A program made the position numbers and the translations under genes. The notes beneath the pieces were generated by a model, which did no database searches, had not been told where the DNA came from, and was given only the letters and a program-made list of their open reading frames with translations. A stretch of 64,000 nt of DNA from Lachnospiraceae bacterium (GTDB lineage Bacteria > Bacillota > Clostridia > Lachnospirales > Lachnospiraceae): contig JAFYCS010000095.1 in the NCBI GenBank assembly GCA_017539565.1, forward strand, positions 19,009 to 83,008, read 5' to 3'. Positions 28,654 through 37,006 of the stretch are shown in pieces (within the stretch, counting starts at the first letter, position 1; each line of letters begins with the position of its first letter).

Positions 28654-30575
28654 TCGTCCCCGCCCTCCTTCGCAGCTTTCATATGGATCACCCGGAGGAA
28701 CTCATCTTCCACCAGCTGCTCATAGAAATAATTGCCCTTGGCAAGGTCGCAGGCCATGTTTTCTATCATATTGAAATACTTCACATCATCTATGCCTTCC
28801 ACCATAGTCATCATATCCAGCTCTCTGGCCATGGTAAGAGTGCAGTCCATTGTGGTCTGTGCTTTTTCGTTATCCATGGCTGCCTTTATGACAGACTGGT
28901 TTATCTTTAATACCTTAAACGGCATTTCAAATATGGATGTAATACTGGTAAAACCGCTTCCGTAATCTTCGAGACATATACGGACACCGGTCTTTTCAAG
29001 CTCCGTAACACTCTCCTTAAAACTGCTGCTGGCAGTAGACACCGTATATTCTGAAAGCATCAGACAGATCATCTTGGGATCCAGCTCATACTTATCCATT
29101 ATCTCCTTGAGCCTCTCCATTACACGGTACTGAAGACACATGGACGGATGAAGCCTCATTGCCAGGAATGACAGTCCCTGTTTATCCAGCTCCTGTTCTT
29201 TTATAAACCTGCAGGTATGATCAAAGATCAGTTCTCCCAGCTGCATAACATGACCGCTTCTCTGGGCAAAACGGAAAAGCTCATCATCATATACATAACC
29301 CAGCTCTTCATCAAAAAAGCGCAATGCCACCTCTGCGGCGACTACCCTCTCAAGAGCCTGTGAATAAATAGGGGTATAACGCATCTCAAATATATTTCTG
29401 TCCATGGCACGTGAGAGTGCCCCGGTTATCTCCCTGTTACGCTTTATAGCCTCCAGGTCAAAATCACCTGTTGTCATCAGTCTTGCCTCATGAGGTGACG
29501 CAGCAAAACGGTTCATTACTCCCTGCATCAGCGTAATATCCTGGAGCTCCGTAGGCAGGACCATACGCAGCATCCTTACGCTCTGAATAGTAGCATCTCC
29601 ACCCCAGGGCTTTTTGAAACGTTCTTCGATCTTTGCGATGATCTCCTTAACCTCACCGGTATGCGGGCCGGAGATCTCCATAACAAAGATTCCCTTATCT
29701 ATGCGGTAGATATTGATATTGTCTGCCAGGGTAGAAAGGAAGAAGACCACAGCCTTTAACAGATCGGTCATCGCCTCCTGCCCTGCAGAATGTTCATATT
29801 CTCCAAGCTCCGGTAATATCAGCTCCAGCAGGTCAAACCTCTTCCTGGTTATAAGGCTGTATTTCATTCGGTCGGTGAACGCCGCATTACTGAGTACATC
29901 CAGTTCGGGATCCAGGCGTTCCGTCGGATTCTGTATGAATAAAAACAGTATCATAGAACATATCGCTATTACACAGCATTCTACCACAAGCTCCGGTACA
30001 AACAGCTGTATCACCGTAGATAACATTCCCAAAGCCAGAATGGCAAGTACTATGTTCCTGCGTCTGGCTGAAAAACTGCTGCGATAATAGATCAGGGCAA
30101 AGAGGATCAGCCCCATGTAATATAAAAAGCCGAAATACACCGCCACTATACCGGCCGATCTGTGATACTCCCCATCGGCAGTATAGTAAAAAATGGCATA
30201 TGTGACGGGATTTGACAGAACAAACAGAAGTATCGCTGCCCCCGGGACTATAATGACGCCCTTGGCCAGCACCGGTATCTCACGCATGGATTTTATGGTG
30301 CTGAACAGATAAAAGAACATAAATATGACCACTAGAAAATGCGTGACAAAATAAACATGACTGCAGATATCTAAAAAATAAGTCGGATAGTGATCAACAA
30401 AAGAAAGGATCAGCCATTTTGCAATGGAACTGAGCGCAGTAATGGCATTATCCACAACAAGCAGGATAAAGTATGTACTCTGGGCATTAGAAACCCTGTT
30501 GAACTTTATGAAATTGGCTACGATCTGGACAGACAGTACTACTGCCGCGATCGAAAAGGCGGTCTCATAATTCAC
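28650..30575 (-). CDS. Membrane-anchored EAL-like protein, degenerate (probably non-catalytic c-di-GMP sensor/receptor), tandem paralog
   Basis: 641 aa. Same architecture but 'AMRLHP' replaces the Asn loop, 'MLSEYT' replaces EITE, 'KINQS' replaces KVDKS, 'EGIDD' replaces EGVET. Confidence 0.7.
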   Translation of the reverse strand: MNYETAFSIAAVVLSVQIVANFIKFNRVSNAQSTYFILLVVDNAITALSSIAKWLILSFVDHYPTYFLDICSHVYFVTHFLVVIFMFFYLFSTIKSMREIPVLAKGVIIVPGAAILLFVLSNPVTYAIFYYTADGEYHRSAGIVAVYFGFLYYMGLILFALIYYRSSFSARRRNIVLAILALGMLSTVIQLFVPELVVECCVIAICSMILFLFIQNPTERLDPELDVLSNAAFTDRMKYSLITRKRFDLLELILPELGEYEHSAGQEAMTDLLKAVVFFLSTLADNINIYRIDKGIFVMEISGPHTGEVKEIIAKIEERFKKPWGGDATIQSVRMLRMVLPTELQDITLMQGVMNRFAASPHEARLMTTGDFDLEAIKRNREITGALSRAMDRNIFEMRYTPIYSQALERVVAAEVALRFFDEELGYVYDDELFRFAQRSGHVMQLGELIFDHTCRFIKEQELDKQGLSFLAMRLHPSMCLQYRVMERLKEIMDKYELDPKMICLMLSEYTVSTASSSFKESVTELEKTGVRICLEDYGSGFTSITSIFEMPFKVLKINQSVIKAAMDNEKAQTTMDCTLTMARELDMMTMVEGIDDVKYFNMIENMACDLAKGNYFYEQLVEDEFLRVIHMKAAKEGGDE

Positions 30576-31233
30576 TCTTATTATTCCTCACCCGCCGTCT
30601 GATAACGCGTCGTCCCGCTCTGCCTTTCCGATGCGCCTTTGCCTTCGGCGGTGCCGGTTTATCGTAACACAGATTATTATTCCTCAATTCATCCGGCAGG
30701 CTCGCTAAAACCTTGGCCGTATAATACGCATCTCCGTATGCCCTGTGAAAAGGCACATTTTTCGGAAGTTCAAGCTCATCTACCGCTGCTTCCAGCGCCT
30801 TGCTCTGAGCCGTATTGCCAATATGAATGCCGTATAATTTCTGGACATTTATATAGGGTATCTCGGCATTGTCATCAATCTCCGACATGCCGTAATATTT
30901 CATATTGCGTCTGAGTTCCGAAATATCCTGGCTCCCCCAGGTACACCACACCGGATCCTCGCCGCACCATTCGAAGAACTCTGATGCAGCCCGAGGGAAG
31001 AGCCGTCCTGCGGACAGTTCTCCCCTCTTTAGGCCTAACATCTTTTTAATTCTCCAGTTTATTTCATGGTAAACCTGCGGGCGGATCAGCTGATCGTACT
31101 TGTCGATAATGGCAAAACGCTCGTTCAGCTTTACCGCTCCGATCTCTATGATCTCGAAGGCAAGCTTCCGGCTCTCCGTCGGCTTACCATCCTGTGGCTG
31201 GTTCCACTCGAGGTCAAATACTATATAGTTCAT
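30565..31233 (-). CDS. DEDDh 3'-5' exonuclease (KapD/ERI-1-like) with basic C-terminal tail
   Basis: 222 aa. 'IVFDLEWN' (Exo I), 'FHRAYGDAYYTA' (Exo III His/Asp). Arg/Lys-rich tail. Confidence 0.8.
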   Translation of the reverse strand: MNYIVFDLEWNQPQDGKPTESRKLAFEIIEIGAVKLNERFAIIDKYDQLIRPQVYHEINWRIKKMLGLKRGELSAGRLFPRAASEFFEWCGEDPVWCTWGSQDISELRRNMKYYGMSEIDDNAEIPYINVQKLYGIHIGNTAQSKALEAAVDELELPKNVPFHRAYGDAYYTAKVLASLPDELRNNNLCYDKPAPPKAKAHRKGRAGRRVIRRRVRNNKSEL

Positions 31234-31306
31234 GCTAATTTAAAGTCGTACACGGAGCCGCGCCCTCATCATGTCATTCTGAGGGCGCAGTCCGAAGAAT
31301 CTTTTC

Positions 31307-32695
31307 TCAACCTACCTTATCTTCATCACCGAAGGGATCGCCGCACTGAGGGCAGAACTTAGGAGGATTGTGAGGATCCTCAGGCTCCCATCCGCACTTG
31401 TCACACTTGTAAAGAGGTGCTCCTGCCGGCTTCGGCTTACCACACTCAGCACAGAACTTGCCCTTGTTTACAGCGCCGCATTCGCAGGTCCAGCCTTCTT
31501 CTGAAGCTGCGGGAGCGGGTGCGGGCTTGGGCTCGCCACACTCAGCACAGAACTTGCCGGTGTTGCCTTCATGGCCGCACTTAGCACAGGTCCAGCTGTC
31601 TGCTGCAGGAGCGGGTGCTGCTGCTGCGGGTGCGGGTGCCGGAGCAGGTGCTGCCTGCTGGGGTGCTGCCTGCTGCAGTGCCTGTGCATTCTGTACGAAA
31701 CTCTGAGGTCCCATACCCATAGCACCGGTTGCGCCCTGCATCATGTTCATGCCTGCAAAGCCTATCATAGCTCCGCCGGAATTGCTTGCTGCATTCTGGA
31801 TAGCCTGATTGTATGCCTGTGCGCTTGCTGCGTTGAGCATATTGGGATTTGTAAGAACTGCTGTCTTCTGGAAATCCTGCAGAGCCTTCTTGTCCTCTTC
31901 GGGAATGGTAACGCTCTCGATAGCCAGTGATGCGATGGAAATACCTCTTCCCTTGCTCCACTTATCGGTGAGCTTTGCATTCATACGCTCGGTGATCTCA
32001 TCAACATGTGAAGGGATCTGATTAGGACGAAGCTCCAGATCGGAAAGGGTAGGGAATACGCTCTGCATAGCAGCTGCGAACTCTGCCTTTAACATTCCGT
32101 CCAGATTTGCTCTGGGATATGCACCCTCTCTGTTACCGCATACATTGGTGTAGAACAGAAGGGGATCGGTTATCTTGTATGAATATGTACCGTGTACACG
32201 AAGGCTGGTATCCATATCCAGACCTACCTTGCTGTCAACGATACGGAATTCGATAGGCTGTGCCGTACCGAACTTGTTCTCTGTGATCTCCAGTAAGTTA
32301 AAGTAATATACCTTCTGGGTACGTGCTGCTATACCACCGAAAGCAACCCTGTCCAGAGCATCCTTCATACTGTTAACGAAGCCCTGTCCCAGACCGCCTG
32401 CAAATATACTGGGTGATGAAGTGTTATCGTACTGGAATGCACCGGGCTCAGCACTGACTTCAACGATCTTACCCTGATCAACTATGATCATACACTGGCC
32501 ATCAGCTACGGCGATAATAGAACCGTTTGTGATGACATTCTCCTCACCCTTTGTGTTTGAAGAACGTCCGTTAACCTTCTTCTGTCCTTCAACCAGGAGA
32601 TACTGGGGATCGATAGCCGGGCAGTAGAAATACTCTTTCCACTGATCCGCAAGAGTCCCCCCTATAGCTCCCATTGCTGCCTTAATAAGTCCCAT
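31307..32695 (-). CDS. SPFH/band-7-like protein with Ala/Pro-rich linker and three C-terminal zinc-ribbon repeats
   Basis: 462 aa. N-terminal 'MGLIKAAMGAIGGTLADQWKEYF'. C-terminal 3x 'C.KCG...GKFCAECG.PKP'. Intragenic DNA repeats at about 31440 and 31527. Confidence 0.6.
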   Translation of the reverse strand: MGLIKAAMGAIGGTLADQWKEYFYCPAIDPQYLLVEGQKKVNGRSSNTKGEENVITNGSIIAVADGQCMIIVDQGKIVEVSAEPGAFQYDNTSSPSIFAGGLGQGFVNSMKDALDRVAFGGIAARTQKVYYFNLLEITENKFGTAQPIEFRIVDSKVGLDMDTSLRVHGTYSYKITDPLLFYTNVCGNREGAYPRANLDGMLKAEFAAAMQSVFPTLSDLELRPNQIPSHVDEITERMNAKLTDKWSKGRGISIASLAIESVTIPEEDKKALQDFQKTAVLTNPNMLNAASAQAYNQAIQNAASNSGGAMIGFAGMNMMQGATGAMGMGPQSFVQNAQALQQAAPQQAAPAPAPAPAAAAPAPAADSWTCAKCGHEGNTGKFCAECGEPKPAPAPAASEEGWTCECGAVNKGKFCAECGKPKPAGAPLYKCDKCGWEPEDPHNPPKFCPQCGDPFGDEDKVG

Positions 32696-32781
32696 ATCCT
32701 TCTCCTTTCTTTACGCCGGCTTTGGCCGGATTATTGTACATAAAAAACCAACAGACATTATCGCATATATCCGCGTAATTA

Positions 32782-34125
32782 TCAAGCATCTGCCTTGCTT
32801 GCCCTTACGCCTATCTGGTAGTAATCGAAGCCGTATTTATTGGCTACTTTACTGCCGTAGATATTGCGGCCGTCAAAGATGACGGGTGTCTTCAATGCCT
32901 TCTTTATCTCGTCAAAATCAGGGCTTCTGAACTCCTTCCACTCCGTTACCAGGATCAGCGCATCCGCACCCTTAAGTGCTTCATACTTACCATCCACATA
33001 TGTAACAGCATCATTGCCCTTGAGATAACATTTCTTAGCCTCTTCCATGGCCTTGGGATCATACGCCTGTACCTTAGCTCCCGCTGAAGTAAGGTCATTT
33101 ATCAGGGTTATGGCCGAAGCTTCACGCATATCGTCGGTATCCGGCTTAAACGCCAGTCCCCATACCGCAAAGGTCTTTCCGCTCAGGTCAGCACCGAAAT
33201 GCTCCTTGACCTTGGTAGTGAGCACATGCTTCTGCATATAGTTAACATCTTCAACCGCACTTAAAAGCTGTGCTTCATAACCGTTCTCCGCAGCTGTACG
33301 TACCAGCGCCTTTACATCCTTGGGGAAACAGCTTCCGCCGTATCCGCATCCGGGGTAGATAAAGGAATATCCTATACGCTTATCACTGCCTATGCCCTTG
33401 CGGACTTTGTTAACGTCTGCTCCCACAGCCTCACAGATGCGGGATATCTCGTTCATAAAGCTTATCTTGGTAGCCAGCATACTGTTTGCTGCATATTTGG
33501 TCATTTCTGCGCTGGCGATATCCATTATTATAAAGTTATCGGTGTTCAGTACGTAATGGCGGTACAATTCCCTCATAGTCTCTGCCGCCTCATCATTGTC
33601 AACACCTATAACGATCCTGTCCGGACGCATGCAGTCATTTACTGCTGTACCTTCCTTAAGGAATTCGGGATTGCTTATCACGTCAAATGTCAGATCCGAA
33701 CCCCTCTCATCCAGCTTTGCCTGTATGGTACTGCGTACCTTGGCAGCTGTACCAACCGGTACCGTGGATTTATCAACCACATACATATGATGGCTCATAT
33801 GGCTTCCTATACTGTCTGCCACTGCCAGTACATATTGCAGATCCGCACTTCCGTCTTCCCCCATGGGAGTACCGACGGCTATAAAGCAGATGTTGCACCG
33901 GTCCAAAGCTTCCTTTATATCTGTAGTGAAGTTGAGTGCACCTTTTTCATGATTCTTAAGTACCATTTCCGACAGGCCAGGCTCGTAAATGGGGATGATC
34001 CCTGATTTAAGTCTCTCTATCTTCTTTTCATCTACATCTACGCACCACACCTCGTTTCCCATATCTGAAAAACATGTGCCTGTAACCAAACCTACGTATC
34101 CTGTTCCTATTACTGCAACCTTCAC
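32782..34125 (-). CDS. ugd: UDP-glucose 6-dehydrogenase
   Basis: 447 aa. '[14 protein letters not shown]', catalytic 'GGSCFPKD'. Confidence 0.9.
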   Translation of the reverse strand: MKVAVIGTGYVGLVTGTCFSDMGNEVWCVDVDEKKIERLKSGIIPIYEPGLSEMVLKNHEKGALNFTTDIKEALDRCNICFIAVGTPMGEDGSADLQYVLAVADSIGSHMSHHMYVVDKSTVPVGTAAKVRSTIQAKLDERGSDLTFDVISNPEFLKEGTAVNDCMRPDRIVIGVDNDEAAETMRELYRHYVLNTDNFIIMDIASAEMTKYAANSMLATKISFMNEISRICEAVGADVNKVRKGIGSDKRIGYSFIYPGCGYGGSCFPKDVKALVRTAAENGYEAQLLSAVEDVNYMQKHVLTTKVKEHFGADLSGKTFAVWGLAFKPDTDDMREASAITLINDLTSAGAKVQAYDPKAMEEAKKCYLKGNDAVTYVDGKYEALKGADALILVTEWKEFRSPDFDEIKKALKTPVIFDGRNIYGSKVANKYGFDYYQIGVRASKADA

Positions 34126-34327
34126 TGTAAGTCCTCCTGGGTTCTTTTTCTCACCGTTGTTATTTTATAGCATTTCCGTCTGTTTTGCAAGAAAAACAGG
34201 CCTCTAAAAGCGCTATTATAAAGAGCATTAATGGAAAGTCCGGTTGGTAGTATGCGCTTTATCCGGCATGCTATCATTAATCCAAAGTTACCTGAAATGA
34301 CAATACTTACGAAGGGAGGGAGACCCA

Positions 34328-34723
34328 ATGAACAAAAGAAACGTTATCGACACGGAGAAATTTCTTATGCTGGCTGTTAAAGCCGCAAAAGCAAACGGTA
34401 TCGTGGTAGAAGAAGAAAAAGAACTTATCCGCAGATACAGCAAAGCAACAGAGCATCATAATGAAGAAGACCCGGACGACAGCTATGTATCTTTAGAATC
34501 GCTTACAGCTTATTTCGAAACACTCAGCTTTCCGCAGAAAAAAAGGATCTTATTCGAGATCCTGAACGTAATGTATTCAGACCATCTTTTTGACGAATCA
34601 GAATGTAATTTCGTATACGATCTGGCAAACCGCATCGGTGTCGATGAATCCGAACTTAACCGTATACTGTCCTTATACAGTAACGGATCTTCACAGAAAC
34701 AAGGCAGTGCCATAGCCTGCTGA
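34328..34723 (+). CDS. Small TerB-like (tellurite-resistance/DjlA N-domain-like) hypothetical protein
   Basis: 131 aa. Helical, 'EKELIRRY...QKKRILFEILNVMYSDHLFDESECNFVYDLANRIGVDESEL' resembles TerB-family paired-helix repeats. Weak. Confidence 0.4.
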   Translation: MNKRNVIDTEKFLMLAVKAAKANGIVVEEEKELIRRYSKATEHHNEEDPDDSYVSLESLTAYFETLSFPQKKRILFEILNVMYSDHLFDESECNFVYDLANRIGVDESELNRILSLYSNGSSQKQGSAIAC

Positions 34724-34751
34724 ATAATAACATAATATAAGGAGGTAATAT

Positions 34752-36950
34752 ATGAAAGCAAAGAAACTGACAACAAGAGTACTTGGCACGATCATGAGCG
34801 TTTTGATGCTGATGGGCACCATTCCCGACACGGGTCTGGCTGCTATGGCCGCAGATGACGACACTACCACCCCGGAAACCACTGCTGAAGGCAGTGAAAC
34901 CACGCACGACTGGATCTTATCTGCCCTTAATATGTCCGACATCCCTGCAGATGAATCTGCTGACGATACGGCTAATGACACAGACGGATATAAGATATGG
35001 GTGGGCGATGTCAGAGTCACCGATGATAATAAGGATAACATCCTTGGTGACGGAACTGCCAAATTTGATCCCGCAAGCAATACCCTGACGCTTAACAATG
35101 CGGTGATAAATAAGGCAAGCACCAGTGAAAACGGCGCAAGCTCGTCAGGCAACAACATATTCTCGGAACAGTCCCTGACCATAAAGGGCAGCGCAACTCT
35201 TACCTCCGGTGAAACCGGCATATCCTGTATGAGCTTTAAGGCCAATACATATCTCGTCATTGAAGCCGACCTTACCATAAACGCTTCAAAAACCGGTATC
35301 ATGACCTTCGGACCGGATCTTACCATAAACAACAGTAAAATAGATTTTACCGGTGCATCAAACTCCATCGGTATCATGGGCTACAGCGCAGTCGTTACAA
35401 TAAACGGCGGAAATATCAAAATTGACGGATCGCCCATGATGGGTCTGTACGCCCTTAAAGAGATCCATTTATCAGACTGTTCCGTTGATGCTGTCGGCAG
35501 TGAAGCAGCTGTACTGATCGATTATGCCGATGGCATAGTAGATATGGCATCTCCGTTAGTGATCACTGAACCTGAAGGCGGCCTTTTCCAGACATTCCAG
35601 ATGGATAACGGCAGAGGCAAGATGGTTGACTGCACCGGGATCACGGATGCAGCAGGTAATGTTGCAAAAAGCGCCAAATTAGGCCCTGCCTCAGGAAAAG
35701 ATGTTTTCCTTGTATCCTTTGATATGCAGGGGCATGGCTATCCTGTAACAGCTCAGAACGTGGTAAGCGGAAAGACAGTAGCAAAACCCGTCGATCCCAA
35801 AGCAGACGACTGTGCTTTCGAAGGCTGGTTCACGGAAAAAGAATGCACCAATGAATATAATTTCGATACTCCCGTAAGTAAAAGCTTTACTCTTTATGCT
35901 AAATGGAATGATGGCAAAGAGCCCACAGACCCGACTGACCCGACTGACCCGACTGAGCCGACTGAGCCGACTGAGCCCGAAGCTCTGCCCGATCCCATAT
36001 ACGGCAGCGGTTCACCTCTTGATCCCTTACCTACCATTATTCCCGGCGAAACAATGGACCTCTATCTTGTAAAGGGTCAGAAGTTCAACATCGGTGAGGG
36101 CTGGAGTGTTGATAAAGCAGGCAGCAAGGTAATAAGTATCAATAAAAAAGGTGTTTTTAAAGCAAAGAAAGCGGGAGAAGCAGTCATTACTGCCGGAAGC
36201 GGAGATAATACCTGTTCAGTCAATGTGCATGTAGCAGCACCTAAATTTGCCGAAAAATCAGCCAAACTGGAAATAAAAAGCGCAGAAAATATCGCATATA
36301 CCGGGTTAAATCTGAGCTCCCTGGATAAGGAACATTATGATATATTATGGTACAGCGCATCGCCCGATGTAGCAACCGTCGACCCGGACGGTAAAGTTAC
36401 TGCGGTAAGCCAGGGCAAAGCAAAAGTAACGGCATATGTAAACGGAAACGCTTATACCTGCACCGTATCGGTCAAGGAACAGACCACTGCCGCTAATCGA
36501 ACATTCCATATTGCACTTGGCGATTCAAAAAAACTGAGTATCAAGGGTATCAAGAAACCCGTTTGGACCGCTTCAACCGAAGGCATAGTAAGCTTTAAGG
36601 GTAAGAAGAAAGTAACAGGCGCTGCTGCCGGCTTCACTACACTTACAACCACCGCAGGTGATAATACCTATACAGTTGAAACATATGTTGAGGATCTTAA
36701 ACTCAGTGACTCTGAAAACCGTCTTACAAGTGACAAAGCTAACAAATATAAGCTCAGCCTCAATAACGGAGACTCTACCATAATACTGCTTGACTCTTCC
36801 GTAGACCAGAGTGTTGTCTTTAAGAGCAACAAAGCGGATGTCGCATTCGTTGACGAAGAAGGTTGCGTAATTGCCCGCTCAAAAGGAAAATGTAAAATAA
36901 CGACTAAGATTGACGGAAAGACGATCACCATCAATGTGGAAGTAAAATAA
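34752..36950 (+). CDS. Secreted cell-surface protein (signal peptide, WVG-QVT-NKDNI module + beta-helix-like region, Listeria-Bacteroides repeat, PTD/PTE linker, Big_2 Ig-like domains)
   Basis: 732 aa. 'YKIWVGDVRVTDDNKDNILGDGTAKFDPASNTLTLNNAVI'; 'AFEGWFTEKECTNEYNFDTPVSKSFTLYAKW' (Flg_new); C-terminal 'FKSNKADVAFVDEEGCVIARSKGKCKITTKIDGKTITINVEVK'. Confidence 0.75.
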   Translation: MKAKKLTTRVLGTIMSVLMLMGTIPDTGLAAMAADDDTTTPETTAEGSETTHDWILSALNMSDIPADESADDTANDTDGYKIWVGDVRVTDDNKDNILGDGTAKFDPASNTLTLNNAVINKASTSENGASSSGNNIFSEQSLTIKGSATLTSGETGISCMSFKANTYLVIEADLTINASKTGIMTFGPDLTINNSKIDFTGASNSIGIMGYSAVVTINGGNIKIDGSPMMGLYALKEIHLSDCSVDAVGSEAAVLIDYADGIVDMASPLVITEPEGGLFQTFQMDNGRGKMVDCTGITDAAGNVAKSAKLGPASGKDVFLVSFDMQGHGYPVTAQNVVSGKTVAKPVDPKADDCAFEGWFTEKECTNEYNFDTPVSKSFTLYAKWNDGKEPTDPTDPTDPTEPTEPTEPEALPDPIYGSGSPLDPLPTIIPGETMDLYLVKGQKFNIGEGWSVDKAGSKVISINKKGVFKAKKAGEAVITAGSGDNTCSVNVHVAAPKFAEKSAKLEIKSAENIAYTGLNLSSLDKEHYDILWYSASPDVATVDPDGKVTAVSQGKAKVTAYVNGNAYTCTVSVKEQTTAANRTFHIALGDSKKLSIKGIKKPVWTASTEGIVSFKGKKKVTGAAAGFTTLTTTAGDNTYTVETYVEDLKLSDSENRLTSDKANKYKLSLNNGDSTIILLDSSVDQSVVFKSNKADVAFVDEEGCVIARSKGKCKITTKIDGKTITINVEVK
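35928..35980 (+). repeat. Tandem 9-bp repeat (gacccgact/gagccgact x~5.5) encoding the (PTD/PTE)n linker
   Basis: Seen directly in the sequence. Confidence 0.8.
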
Positions 36951-36964
36951 GCCTGAATACAAAG

Positions 36965-37000
36965 AACGCCCGGCAGCCGAAACTGCCGGGCGTTTTTTTG
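36965..37000. terminator. Bidirectional rho-independent terminator between the convergent surface-protein genes
   Basis: aacgcccggcag-ccgaaa-ctgccgggcgtt perfect 12-bp stem followed by TTTTTT on the plus strand; T-rich on the minus strand as well. Confidence 0.85.
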
Positions 37001-37006
37001 ATCATT

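Noticed and set aside
31458-31980. Cluster of overlapping small ORFs on both strands in the GC-rich 3' part of the SPFH gene
   Set aside because: Caused by the Ala/Pro codon-rich, internally repeated segment (GCN/CCN codons are open in several frames). The SPFH reading frame explains the region.
34691-35377. 228-aa minus-strand ORF overlapping the start of the 732-aa surface-protein gene
   Set aside because: Antisense to a CDS with signal peptide, RBS and domain structure. Low-complexity translation.
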